Position numbers and translations under genes: made by a program. A stretch of DNA of 64,000 nucleotides from Trichosphaerium sp. ATCC 40318 (taxonomy: Eukaryota > Protista > Tubulinea), in NCBI GenBank assembly GCA_038496445.1, contig JALMLS010000225.1, positions 1-64,000 of the forward strand. Reading direction: 5' to 3'. Below, in pieces: positions 12,612 through 25,000 of the stretch (positions are counted from its first letter, which is position 1; the number at the start of each line of letters is the position of its first letter). The notes under the pieces are model-generated. The model was not told the origin of the DNA, searched no databases, and saw nothing but the letters and a program-made list of their open reading frames with translations.

Positions 12612-15600
12612 ATGGCGGATGAAAGTACAATAGAGCTTACGGTACGTTGTTTCCGTTTGCCTCCGTTTTTCACCTTATTTGCAATAAGGTTACTATACGT
12701 GAGGCTGAGTCGTTACCAGCGAAGGACTTGAACGGTTACTCTGATCCTTACGTCGTTTGTTACACTACGAATTCGGGAGACAAAGATGCCAAAAAGTCGA
12801 AGAAGTTTAAAACTGAGGTCATTGAGCGTACACTAAGCCCTGTGTGGGATGGTACTAGTGATTAGACTTCTAATTTGTTTAATTAACTTGTTGAGCGTTT
12901 AGGTACAAAAAACAACGTTTACCAAGCGTTCATTACTCCTGTACGTTACTTTTATAGAAAATCAACAAACAGTGTCACACAAACTAACAAAACTAGCTTC
13001 ATACGCTTCATATTCAAATCTACGACAAAGACACGATAGGCTCGGATGAGTATATCGGAGGTACACATAATATAACCTAAATGACAACCTAACTTTCAAA
13101 AAAGGTATCATATGGGAGTACGACGATCTTCTCAAATTGAAAGCTGGTTCACGTTGGTATGCACTTCACGAATGGAAGAAAAAGGCTAAAAAGGTACAAT
13201 ACAACGTCTCTGGTGGGATGGAGTGTTTGAAAGATTCGCTTGCGCTAACAGATGGTAGGGTAGACAACTGGAAGGTAAACTCCGTTTACGTCTTGATGGC
13301 GTCGGCCCAAGAAAGTCAAATTGGGCTGCATCCTCCGTACGATACTCATTACTGTTGTATTCATTATCTTATATCATCTTAGAGCGAACCATTCAGCTTA
13401 GAGCAGGTGTGCAACATTCCTGATATTTGACTTTTTTTGCAATTTAGATGATTTATTTTGACTTTGTTTGTTCTAGCTCGTTGCTACTGGTAAACTAGAC
13501 GTCAATAAAAAGATGGTACAGTTCTTAGCCAGTGATTAAAACTTACTTTACTGTTTTTTTAAGAAACTATCACAAGTGAAGAAGACTTTACAAAGGTTGA
13601 ACTTAAAGATGATTAAAGGCGAATTCAAAGCTCAATTTGAGGTTCCAACAGAATGACAAATGTACCCGTTAATATTACGTATTAGGAAGCTGATACCGAT
13701 GGAAGTGGAGCTTTGGATTTCGGTGAACTTCAAACACTATACAAACGTTTAACTGTAATTTCTTCATTTTTTTGTAAAAGTCTGATTGTGTTACTGTTTA
13801 GGTTCGTGTTGGCATGTCTGCTATCTTTAATAAGTTGACAGGCAAACATGCTGCACTATCTACAAAAGCGTTTTTAGAGTTCTTGGTTAATGAGCAAGGT
13901 GTAAGTCACACGTTTTTTTGAAATGGTGTTTTCGTTTTTTTGACACATTGCAGATGTCAAAAATGACACTTGAAAAAGCAAAAAAGATCGTAAAGAAGTA
14001 TTCAACTGGAACAAGTAAAAGGTACTACTACAAGTATAATAGGAAGCTCTGTATGTTGTTAATATATTGTTAAACTCATAGGCTTTGTGTGGATGGTTTC
14101 CAGGCGTTTATGACTTCAAAGGATAATGACATTCATAAGCCTAAAACAAAGAAATTGCACATGCCAGTATGCTTTCTCTCTGTTTGCTTGTAATTTTTCT
14201 TCTCTTACTTACACAAAAACCAAGATGGACAGGCCAATTAGCGAGTACTGGATCGATTCTTCGCACAATACTTATCTTATTGGACACCAATTGCGTACGT
14301 TTCGCAAAAATAGGCATTCTGTAGACACGCGCTTTAGATGGTAAGAGTTCAACAAAGGCTTATATTAGCGCCCTTTTACGTGGATGTAGATGTGTAGAGT
14401 GTAAGTTTGGTCTTGGTTTGTACCTTAACTTACACTTACACCGTAGTGGATGTTTGGGATGGCGATAAAGAGCCGATGGTAACTCACGGACATACTTTCG
14501 TATCGGATATAAAATTCCGGGATTGTTGCAAAGCTATTTCTGAGAACGCCTTTACTACTTCAGAGTACGTTATTGCGTTTTATGACAACTTGGAAGAATG
14601 ATGTATATAAATTCATTTTCTAAGGTACCCTGTGATTCTATCACTTGAGGTTCATTGTCACGAATCTGGGCAAGAAGATATGGCAAAGATTATGACGTCA
14701 GTTTTCGGCAAGCAGCTTGCTAGTGATTATATCAAGGGTAAGTTCAATATATCAACGGTTAAATGTTTAAGAATAATCTTTGTTCTTCAGATGGTAAAGT
14801 ACCAACACCAGAGAGTTTGAAAAATAAGATTCTCATTAAAGCCAAACGCCCTGACATTCTCAGTGGCACTGATAAAGTACACTGTCTTCATATAACATGC
14901 CTTGCGCTAACCCTTTCTCAAGTTCTTCACCGATATTGATGACTATTCTGGAGATGCAAATGTACGCAGACAGGGCTTTTTTGACCTTTTATAATTTGTA
15001 ACAAGCTTTATCAAGGATGTCCGTCAAAAAGTTGACGACGCAGTTCAAGACATTAAAAATATCCAAAAGCTTATGCCTAAGACAATCAATACTTCTCTAG
15101 GTTCACTAGTGCGAAGTACGTTGTTTTTAGCACATATTTACCCATTTTGTTGTTTTGTAGAGGTTGGCTACTAACACGTTTGCTTCTAGTCCCAGCTGTG
15201 CCTTTCAAGAACTATAAATACTCTGCCAGTGCGTCTAATATTGTATGTTTCTGTACTTATAGTATCCCCTTTTAGAGGAACAAGCTAAGCCGTATATGAT
15301 TACTAGTTTCGCAGAAGGAAAAGCTACCGATATGATTGCACAAAAACAGTTTGTGCCGTAAGTCTTTGTTCTTTAGTTACTTTTTGTTTTCTGTGCTCAG
15401 ACTCGATTTTTAGGTGGTCCCAGACTCAAATGTCTCGTATATATCCTAAAGGCACACGTATTGGAAGCTCTAACTATGGACCAGTTCCATACTGGGCCTC
15501 TGGGTGCCAAATTGTAGCCTTGTATGTCCTCTGTATTATCTTTTTGTACTCATTTTTTATCCAGAAATTATCAAACTTCTAGCCAACCTATGTGGGAAAA

Positions 15601-16454
15601 TGTACGTTAAAACAGCAAGACAAAAAATTAAGCGTAAATACTAAAGAGTCGAACTTAGGAAGGCAGATTCCAAGTGAACAATAGAACAGGGTACGCCTTT
15701 CAGTCTTTTTTTTTCTAAACAGACTCTATTTGCTGATATTCTGTTCAGTTATATTCTCAAACCTAAATTCTTGCTCGATTGTGAAAAACCATTGACACAT
15801 AGATCAATAAAGAGAACAAAGTTACTGAAAGTAACGGTGAGTATCAAGCGTATTCTTTTTTTTAGAATGACCTGTTCTCATTTCTTTCTTGTTTTAGGTT
15901 ATTGATGGTTTTAAGCTTCCAAAGGTTTGTCTCAATATTTTCCTGTTAACTGCGTAACAAAAACTTATTTATAACGACAGGAGCATAGCCAAGTGAACAA
16001 AAGTACACATGTTGTTGATCCGTATGTTCGTGTTGCTGTTTCTGGTCCAAAACACAAATCAGACGACAAAACTGAAGTTATCAGGATGAATGGCTTTAAC
16101 CCTGAAGTACACGCTCATTTCCTTTTGTTCAAAATAAACACCAATATCAATAACAAAATTTTTTAGTGGAACAAGCAGATGACGTTCAAAATCGCTAAAC
16201 AACTGGGTACGTGTTTACATTTTTGTGTCTTTTCTCAACTTGACTTGTTAATTTTATCTGTAGTGCTTAGTATGATCACTTTTTCTGTTTGGGATTCTGA
16301 TAACTACGCTACTGATGACTTACTCGGATATTATTCATTGTCGTGTGATAACCTGAGAACTGGGTATCGTACAATAACACTAAAAGATAGCAAGGGAAAA
16401 TTACTTCCTTCTGCTGTTATCTTTGTGCACATTGAAATCACAGACAGAGCATAG
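12612..16454 (+). CDS. PLC: Phosphoinositide-specific phospholipase C (C2-EF-X-Y-C2), more than 20 short introns
   Basis: N-terminal C2 ([22 protein letters not shown]); EF-hand [12 protein letters not shown]; X box [42 protein letters not shown]; Y box [25 protein letters not shown]; C-terminal C2 ending [10 protein letters not shown]. Confidence 0.95.
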
Positions 16455-16972
16455 TATCCCTCCTAGTTGCTGTTATCTCGCAACTTTCATATTATTGTAA
16501 CCATATAAACTAAGGGTGTGGTAGCTCCGATATTACCATGCCAATGAAGTTACAAAACAGCTAGATTAGTGGTGTACAGTTACTATAAAAAAAAATTTTT
16601 GATTGCTATTTATCAGCCTTAATTTTTCGAAAATCATACCCAAAGCATCGAGTCCATTTTGCGAATTAACATAGTAGGGAAAACTGTTGGCAACAAACTC
16701 GTTATTGCATTGAAATACAGTGTTTAACAACTTGTACAACACAAATATAGTTTTGGCAAGTTTTGTATCAAACCCGAAACAAGGCATCGCTGAGTTCCAC
16801 GAAACAACTTTTTGTGCGGCACAACTACATGGTTAAGAAACCGTCAATACATCTCGTTATTTGTTATACAACAATGTGATAGCTAGTGCTAAACGACACG
16901 AGTCTGGCGCGTGCTTTCAATAAGTTATCCATACTCACATGACTTAAACCAAATAGCAACAGTCAATCAGCA

Positions 16973-17848
16973 ATGGAGCACAACACCGCAAAGCGGACAT
17001 GCCCGTCGATATTGAACACGTCTATGAACAAACAACTCCCAACAGAGATCATAATGTGTATTTTGGAATACAATACCAACAAGGCGTCTATTTATACGTA
17101 TTTAACGCTTTCTAAGCAATACGAACAGTTTATCAAATCACGTGTGCCATATTGGAGACATATGTACATCTCTGTGTACATCGCGGCCTACAACAAGGGT
17201 GGCTACATTTGTAACAATGGTATCTGGGATTTTTTTGAAGACTTTGAAATACTTGGAGATGAGGACGTTTTCAAAGTAGCGGCTACTGGCGAGTACGAGA
17301 TAAGTCCTGATGTGTGTGTGGCTTTAGAGGAAGGACAGCTTTGGATAGAAGGTGATTTAAAGTGCTGGAAGGAAAGATGCGATAATCAGAAGATAGCTAC
17401 GTCACTTGCTGATCATTTGGATGGATATGAATTCCCCTTCTACAACGAGAGTGATGTACCAAAGTTTATGCCATTTTATGTTTGTTTAAAACAGGATGAC
17501 AAGGAAGAACATGCAATGTTGAACATTTTCAAGAGATTCACGTTCGTAGATGATGACGACATAGAGAACTTTAATGAAATAGACTTGAAAACATTCTCAG
17601 AACACGTAGAAAATCCTGAGGTTTTTAAGAGTCTCAAAGAAGTTGTAGAAAAAAAGATGTGGGGATTTGAAAAACTCACCTGTCTTGAGTACGATAGTGC
17701 AGATATTAGGTGGTATCTTGTTCATAGTATATCACCTATATCAAGGGCAGTTATAGGTGTTTTTCTTGTTCAGGACAATTCGTGTGGTGCTGGTCCTTGG
17801 AACGAATACTACCTGCAAAAGAAGAAAAATGGATGGAAGCCTACCTGA
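16973..17848 (+). CDS. Intronless F-box-like protein with uncharacterised acidic C-terminal domain
   Basis: 291-aa uninterrupted ORF; N-terminal KQLPTEIIMCILEY...YLTLSKQY resembles an F-box. Confidence 0.7.
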   Translation: MEHNTAKRTCPSILNTSMNKQLPTEIIMCILEYNTNKASIYTYLTLSKQYEQFIKSRVPYWRHMYISVYIAAYNKGGYICNNGIWDFFEDFEILGDEDVFKVAATGEYEISPDVCVALEEGQLWIEGDLKCWKERCDNQKIATSLADHLDGYEFPFYNESDVPKFMPFYVCLKQDDKEEHAMLNIFKRFTFVDDDDIENFNEIDLKTFSEHVENPEVFKSLKEVVEKKMWGFEKLTCLEYDSADIRWYLVHSISPISRAVIGVFLVQDNSCGAGPWNEYYLQKKKNGWKPT

Positions 17849-18503
17849 GAAAATAACTAACATTGATGTAATAAGAGTCACATGATAGATTAGTTCAATA
17901 AAAACCAACATTTTACTTGTCTTAAGCAAAGAATATACAAATTGTAGATAATTTACAGTTTTGGAAGAGAACTGCAATTATCTGAAGCAAAAACTGACTT
18001 GATAGAGTTTTTTAGGGCTAAATTTGCAAATTGTGTTATGTACTGGATCCTATTGAAAAGCGCGATTTCAGGTTATAAAACGATTTAATGCTCTGAAGAC
18101 TGGGTGGTGGAGTATCACGGATCCGGAAAACGTTCAAATTTCAATATTGAGCTCAGAGCTTAAGTATTCTTTAAGTTCTTAGCTTATGATTGTTTTTTTC
18201 GCTAGAACGATAATTATTTTAAGCCTCCTCCATATAACCAAACGCACCCTGAGTTCGCATTTGCTCCGAGACCGACGATGTATCAATTTACATCAAAAAT
18301 AATATGAATATGGGAATCGCAGAGTTTAAAAGAAGAACATGTGATAAAAAAACTATCAAAAGTACAATCCCATTTTATTCTCAATTTATATGAACAGCAA
18401 CGAAAATAAACAACTATGTCTATCACCTGTTTGTAATCTCGATTCAGTCAAGCACTATGTCTACAGTTTGATCGTCATTAGTATCTGTATAATATGAAGT
18501 TCT

Positions 18504-19637
18504 TTATATATGCACTGTAGTCCCCTTTAAAGTTTCAACCCCTTTTCTTGTAACACGACTATTATATGCGCAAATATTGGATGCACCAGCCAGTGCTGTT
18601 ATGCCTTCATCTGTTACTGAAGTGTTATCGAGGTAAATGGTATGAACTCCAGCAAGCGCTTTAACGCCTACATCTGTTACTGAAGTGTTATTGAGGTAAA
18701 TACTATGAACTCCAGCGAGTGGTATGACACCTTCGTCTGTTATTGAAGTGTTGCCAAGGAAAATAGTATGAACCCCAGCGAGAGCTTTGACACCTTCATC
18801 TGTTACTGAAGTGTTGCCAAGGGAAATAGTATGAACCCCTGCAAGTGCACCAACACCTTCATCAGTTACTAAAGTATTATTGAGGAAAATAGTATGAACA
18901 CCTCTCAGCGCTTTGACACCTTCATCTGTTACTGAAGTATTGCCAAGGGAAATAGTATGAACCCCTGCAAGTGCACCAACACCTTCATCTGTTACTGACG
19001 TATTGTCAAGTATAATAGTATGAACACCTTTCAGCGCTTTGACGCCTTCACCAGTTACTGAAGTGTTGCCAAGGTCGATGGCATGGACACCAGCAAGTGC
19101 TTCAATGCCTTCATCAGTCACTGAAGTGTAGCCAAGGTGAATATCATGAACTCCAGCGAGTACTTTAACACCTTCGTCTGTTACTTGAGTTCTCCAGAGG
19201 CTAATACTATGAACTCCAGCAAGTGCTTTGACACCTTCATCTGTTACTGAAGTGTTGCCAAGGTGAATAGTATGAACCCCAGCGAGAGCTTTGACACCTT
19301 CATCAGTCACTGAAGTGTTGTCAAGGTGAATGGTACAAGCACCAGCAAATTGTTTGATAATATTGTCATCAACACCAAGTGCAAAGGATATTGTTGTATA
19401 TTTCAGAATACCAGGGTGTTTTACAGCTGATTTTGCTTGTCCTAATGTTCTAATCATAATGGCGTGGTATCCAACAACCTCATGAATGACAGAAGCAAGG
19501 AGATGACACGTTTGACAAGCATTAAAGCGTGATTTGGTTGTATGACGCAAAATATGTGCTAATATCTCTGTAGGCAGTCGCAATAAGCTTGTACTGGAGA
19601 TACTATCGATTTTACAACGTTTTGAGGTAGAAAGCAT
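18504..19637 (-). CDS. Intronless F-box-like protein with about 12 22-aa leucine-rich repeats
   Basis: LLRLPTEILAHILRH...CQTCHLLASVI; tandem 66-nt units encoding LAGVHxIxLxNTSVTDEGVKA; paralogous to 7630-9152. Confidence 0.88.
   Translation of the reverse strand: MLSTSKRCKIDSISSTSLLRLPTEILAHILRHTTKSRFNACQTCHLLASVIHEVVGYHAIMIRTLGQAKSAVKHPGILKYTTISFALGVDDNIIKQFAGACTIHLDNTSVTDEGVKALAGVHTIHLGNTSVTDEGVKALAGVHSISLWRTQVTDEGVKVLAGVHDIHLGYTSVTDEGIEALAGVHAIDLGNTSVTGEGVKALKGVHTIILDNTSVTDEGVGALAGVHTISLGNTSVTDEGVKALRGVHTIFLNNTLVTDEGVGALAGVHTISLGNTSVTDEGVKALAGVHTIFLGNTSITDEGVIPLAGVHSIYLNNTSVTDVGVKALAGVHTIYLDNTSVTDEGITALAGASNICAYNSRVTRKGVETLKGTTVHI
18590..19345. repeat. Coding tandem array of 66-nt LRR units
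   Basis: Recurring core ccttcatc(t/a)gttactgaagt every 66 nt. Confidence 0.9.
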
Positions 19638-20235
19638 ACTTGTCTTGTTAGAAGGACTAGTAGTCTAATACAAACAATTTGCGGAAGCGATATTGATTAA
19701 AGATGGTTGACTAAATGAGAAAAAATAGTGTAAACTGTTCACTCAAGGCCAAGTTATCAATTTTACAAGCTATTTATTATTTAAAGTTATTACACAAACG
19801 GGAAGCAAGGTCAAATGCCATGGATAGATGCCATTTGACTGGGTACAAATATACACGACACCAGCGCACTATTATCGTATGTGCACATTAGAGCAAACGT
19901 CATTTTAGAAAGGGAAGAGGAAGTATATTTTGGAGAATTGCAGGTGAGGTAAGCACATACGCACGTGGATTTTACTTCCCACACTTAGCGTTGCTCAATT
20001 CACATCAATCTCGAATACACTAAACAAGCAAGAAATACTTGCTAAATCAAATGGTCAGCTGCTAAAAACCAAGCAACATTCCTACTTCTCAGCTACGTGA
20101 TTATATGGGCTCAAAAGAAAGTACATGAAATACCTTCAAGATGTTGTGTTACGTTATACAACTTAAATTAGTGGTAAAAAGAACAATTAAGAGAAAGTAA
20201 TGTAGCTTGTATTTGATCTGATACAATGTATAAAA

Positions 20236-21503
20236 TTAACGGCGAAGCAATCTAATTCTGTCTTGTTGTTGACCAATTGATCTCTTCCTTTAAAATCACG
20301 TGAGTAAAAAAAAAGTGCACTCCTTTTCATTGTCGTACTTGGTGACACATGGAGTTGAAGGATCAGGTAGATTGTATCCAGGATAAAAGGCACCTTGATG
20401 AGAACCGGGAGACTCAGGGAAGTAATCTCGAGCACCTAATATGTGGTTAAATCAAAACTGTGCGGTTTTTTTTGGTTAATCTTACCTCCCATCAAAGCCA
20501 CAGAAAAAAACCCCATACTATTTTCAACATACAACAAATTTTCATCAATACGATCAATTATTACAGCTGCAGGATTGATTGCACTACCAATATTCGTAAC
20601 TGTGGTGAGGTCTAGCTGACAAGGAGCTGCGCCTAGATCCGCTGTAGGAAATGAAGCGATTCTACCCATCATACTGTCATCCTCATATAAAACATACGAT
20701 GTACCAGGAGCAATCTCAACTAAACAATTCATTGTTAAGGAGGCAAAGGTTTAAGTCAACAAACAAAAAATATACAACTTCATTTACCACTGCTAGGTTG
20801 ACCACCTGTCATTGCACATGAATCAGTAGTAGTAATCATACATGGATCCATTGAAGTATCAATAACGTTGGTGTAAAAGCACTCTCCATCGTAAGTAATA
20901 AAAGTTGTTTCATCGATGAATCCACCAACTGAAGTCAAACCCAGAAGATCACTACGTCTTATTGTGGCCGAACATAATAAAGTATTATCCTGCGATTTTA
21001 CTTGAATTATATCTGCGCTTACGTCTATCAATAGAATGAAAGATCCATCAACAGCAGGAACTGCATAAAAAACCGGTTAGACTAACTAACTAGTACGGTG
21101 AACTACCAGCGCTAACGCCACTTATCAAAGTAGCGTATTATTACCGGAGACCGTTTTGGAAAACAAAGAAACGGTACGGCCTTGGCAAAACTTCGTACAT
21201 AAAAGAGGGAATGAAATGCCAGCATAGGAAAAAGTTACGCCAAAATCTGCATCTACAGAAGAAAATTAGTAGCTATTAATCACGTGCTTGAGATTTTTGC
21301 TTTAGTTAATACTTTATGTTTTGGACAGCCTTATAAATATGAAAAGTAAGTGTACCATTTCCGAACATTGTATCTGTTTCCCTTACATTTACCGCCATTG
21401 CTTGAACATCTGGATAGATATGAGCTACTGGTCTAGTCTGACAGGCAGCTAGGGTGGCTATAAGTGCCAACACAAGTAATCTCGAGTAAAGCAGCTGTGA
21501 CAT
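20236..21503 (-). CDS. Secreted hypothetical protein (multi-exon)
   Basis: Signal peptide MSQLLYSRLLVLALIATLAAC; exons match track ORFs 21306, 20780 and 20436; inferred end ...PCVTKKRSIGQQQDRIRLLRR*. Confidence 0.6.
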
Positions 21504-22083
21504 GGAAGAACTTTGTTTTGCAGTCTCAGACTTCCACTTTTGTTCATTGAATACCGACTTAACAATTGTACTTAATCCACAATGGAAATTTATAGAAACT
21601 TGACATGTCCCGTTATTAATTAGAGTATTCTGTTATCCGTTTCTCTGCAAACTTAAGGGTACCAATACTTGAACGTAATAATAGCATCAATGAGCACTAT
21701 TGACAATGTAGTTTCCAACCAGTCTCGTAAATCTAGAAGAAAAAAAGTCAATTGGTAAAAGTACAATACATCATTTGCAACTGCCACGTAACGCTCAGTT
21801 GAACTTTCAAGTGATCAAAACGACTTGTTAAACAACGTCACCACATCTCAATAATACAGTCGGTTCTGTTGTTGGTGTAGCTTTAGGATACTTCCAAGAA
21901 TCTTTGCTGCGAAAATGTGTTTCACCTTTTTACAAAATTCCCATAGTACACTTGAGCACTTCTTTTTTTCTTATCCATATGCACATCTGACTACAATATT
22001 CTTTCCTTCAAGCCTTTTCTCTTGAAACAACGACTTTAATAAACAAGTATAAATGAATTACAAGGACAGCTCTATTGACTAAA

Positions 22084-25000
22084 TTAAGATGTTGAACTTT
22101 CCCTACTTAGCATCGTCTCGGTTTCTGTTTTCCTGTTCGCATTATTTTGTTCTCTGGCTCTCTCAAGCTCTTGTTTGGTAGCTTCATGTTCGGCTTTTAA
22201 TTTGGCAAGTGCGGTATTTACTTCTTTGAGTTGTTGGGCAGTTTTAGATTGCTGTACACTTGACACACCTGATTTCTTAGATGAGTTATTTGATCTCTTA
22301 CCAGTATGCAGTCTTGTGTTTGAGTTCTTTGAAAGACTCTGTTCTCGTCCTGTAAAGATAATCCACAATTTGGGAACAAACATCATGCCAAGTGTCACTT
22401 TGTACATGGGTTAGTCACGTGACAATAACATTTATTCAATAACAACTTACCGGTAGCTATGAACCATATCCCAAGAGATACAATGATACTTACTGTGTAG
22501 TAAGAGGAAGGTGAAGTGATGACGTATCCACAAATTAATAACAGGATTGTCCAAATTAAGTCGTTGTAAATAACAGCCGCCATCCACCTTGATTCGTTGT
22601 ACAAGCTAGGTACTTTACGAACAGCAAAAGCAAAGTAGCATCCGGTGAGCAACAGAATAGCCTTTTTAAATGTGTTAGGAAGGGCTACAAGATGAATTTA
22701 AAGCTACCTCGTATGCAACTGTTATGATTAGAAATACTTGGCCGTATCTGCTTGAGCATTGACCAAGTTTGTAAATAGTGCTATCTGGATCGTCTTTGAA
22801 TGCAATTTTGTTTCTTGATACGATCGTCCATATTATAAGCAGTATCTGTTTTGAGTGAAAGAGGCAAAAATAGTGTTGATGAAATAAAAGAAAATAGAAT
22901 TAAAGGGATACAAGTTGGATGGCAATTGCTGCTGATGTTACTTGTATGAGCTCTGCAAACGTTATCATTTGAGTAGACAAGTTATCTCGGCTGAATATAC
23001 GCTTTATTCTGTATGTTTTGGCTACCAAAGGTCTAAAAGAAAGCTTCATTAGCTTTGCAACAGAAGACAAATTACATACGCAAGAATTATGACGAATCCC
23101 AGAGCTGGAAGCCATACACGGAGCTCACAAAACGCTATAGATAGCGGTGCAATCCTACTAGAGTTAATTATTGATTCTTAAAAGGACGTGTATACCATGC
23201 AAATGCACCAGCGTAGGAGACAACTACTCCTACTAGAATAACAACCAGAAATTCTCTTGTTGAAGCTCGTAAGATATGTGATGTGTCCCTATTACCAAAA
23301 TGAGCCTGATTGAAGCACGTGACAATAAAAAATACGCACCAATAAAGAAAAACTATCACCGAAATGGCTATAGTGGCAATGATACCAATCACGATTAGTA
23401 CAATGATGACAATTGTCGGTGCATCACCCCATTCACTCCATGCTCTTTCTATTCTAGGAATCTCTACAACTACGACTACCAACTGACCGTCACTATCAAC
23501 AGATGTCTCAAAAGTAACTGTCAAATTCTGGTTGGTAACAACAAAGTTGTTAAGGCTTTTGCCGACAGTAGCAGACGCATTCGCAAATGTCATTATCGAG
23601 TGCAGAGCACCGACTTTCAAAAGCGAAAAATCTTCAATTGAAATGCGAACAACTCCGTCTGTACAGCAGTAGTTAAGTTCTGAGTATTATACTTCTAGTA
23701 CATACCAAAATGCGGATTCGTTATCCAGTGTATGGATGATTCGCCAAGGATAATATCAATCGTGCTGTTGCTGTCAAATGACATTGAATTTTGAATTTCG
23801 ATATCACCCTATTTGTTGTTAAGCTAGGGTTTTGTTCCAAATTGACTTACTGCCACATTGAGAGAGGCGTTGGTAAATATATAAGGAGAATTGGTTCCAT
23901 TAAGAAGTATTGTATCATCTACTATCATCTTAGCTCCATTGCTATGTGTTATTTGTGTGTTCAGTGTTGTAAAGTCATATCGAATAAACCTCTCAAGGTG
24001 CATTATTCCTATAAGATAGTCAAATCGGACGAGGCATCTATTGCTTTGTGTACCTCTGTTTTCAATGCTTAGATTTTCAATAGTTATTTCACCCAGTTTG
24101 ATTGTTGTTTTGGAGTCATTGTCTAATACTAAGTGTGCTTGAGCGCTTTCTTCTGCTCGTTTTGAAACATTTGTTGTTGACTAAAAACAGCTTTAATACT
24201 TATAGAAGCATTGAAATACTCTCAAATACTTACATGTTGTGTTATGGTCCCTTGAGTCAAAAAGAACGTATCTGAGATGACCAAGGATGCTCCTGGATTA
24301 ATGAGTATACTACCGCCTTCCATATTGAGCGCTGGAGTAATGAGAAGGTGCGTGATGTTAACAATAGCATCAGTTGGTACATAGAGCTTCTCGTATTCAT
24401 TTCCTACAAGTGCGTGAGTATAACCACAGGTATTTGACCTAGACTGGTCCAAGTAGTGCTGTAGTACCAAAGTTGCCACTTGGCATAAATCCTTTGAAAT
24501 CGAAGGGTGTAGAATCCGAAAAACTGCAGTCCTTCACTGAAACAAATTCATCTCCAACAATACCTAAAACTTGTCAAAGATGTTTTTCGCTACAATTGAC
24601 GTACAGAACTCGGAATGTGTTTCGAAAGTGCAGTTCTCAATTGTATTTGATTTTAAGAATACACCGCCACCGAATTCTGCTGTATTTCTTTTGAAGGTAG
24701 AATGTTTGATAGGCATAACTGTTCCTAAGTCCAATGCAATACCTCCGCCTGCTACAGCTGTATTTCCATGAAAGGTGCAGTTTTCTACAAATCCATTGTT
24801 GTTAAGACCAACAAATAGCCCTCCACCCTTTAATAGGAAAAAGCGTTAGCTATAACGTGTTCCTTCTAGATTGAAAACCAAAGTATGTTTGCGTACACTA
24901 GCTGAGGCAGTATTGTCATAGAACTCTAGGTTACGAAATATGAGGTTTTCATTCCACTGGTGTACACTAAGACCTCCACCAGACGTAGTGCAGGTGTTAT

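Noticed and set aside
18590-19345. CRISPR-like repeat-spacer array
   Set aside because: The 66-nt period is in-frame protein-coding LRR with synonymous variation; eukaryotic context and no cas genes.
7500-19700. Endogenous giant-virus insertion as one block
   Set aside because: No NCLDV hallmark genes (capsid, PolB, A32 ATPase, RNAP); the virus-like genes are interleaved with intron-rich host genes such as PLC.
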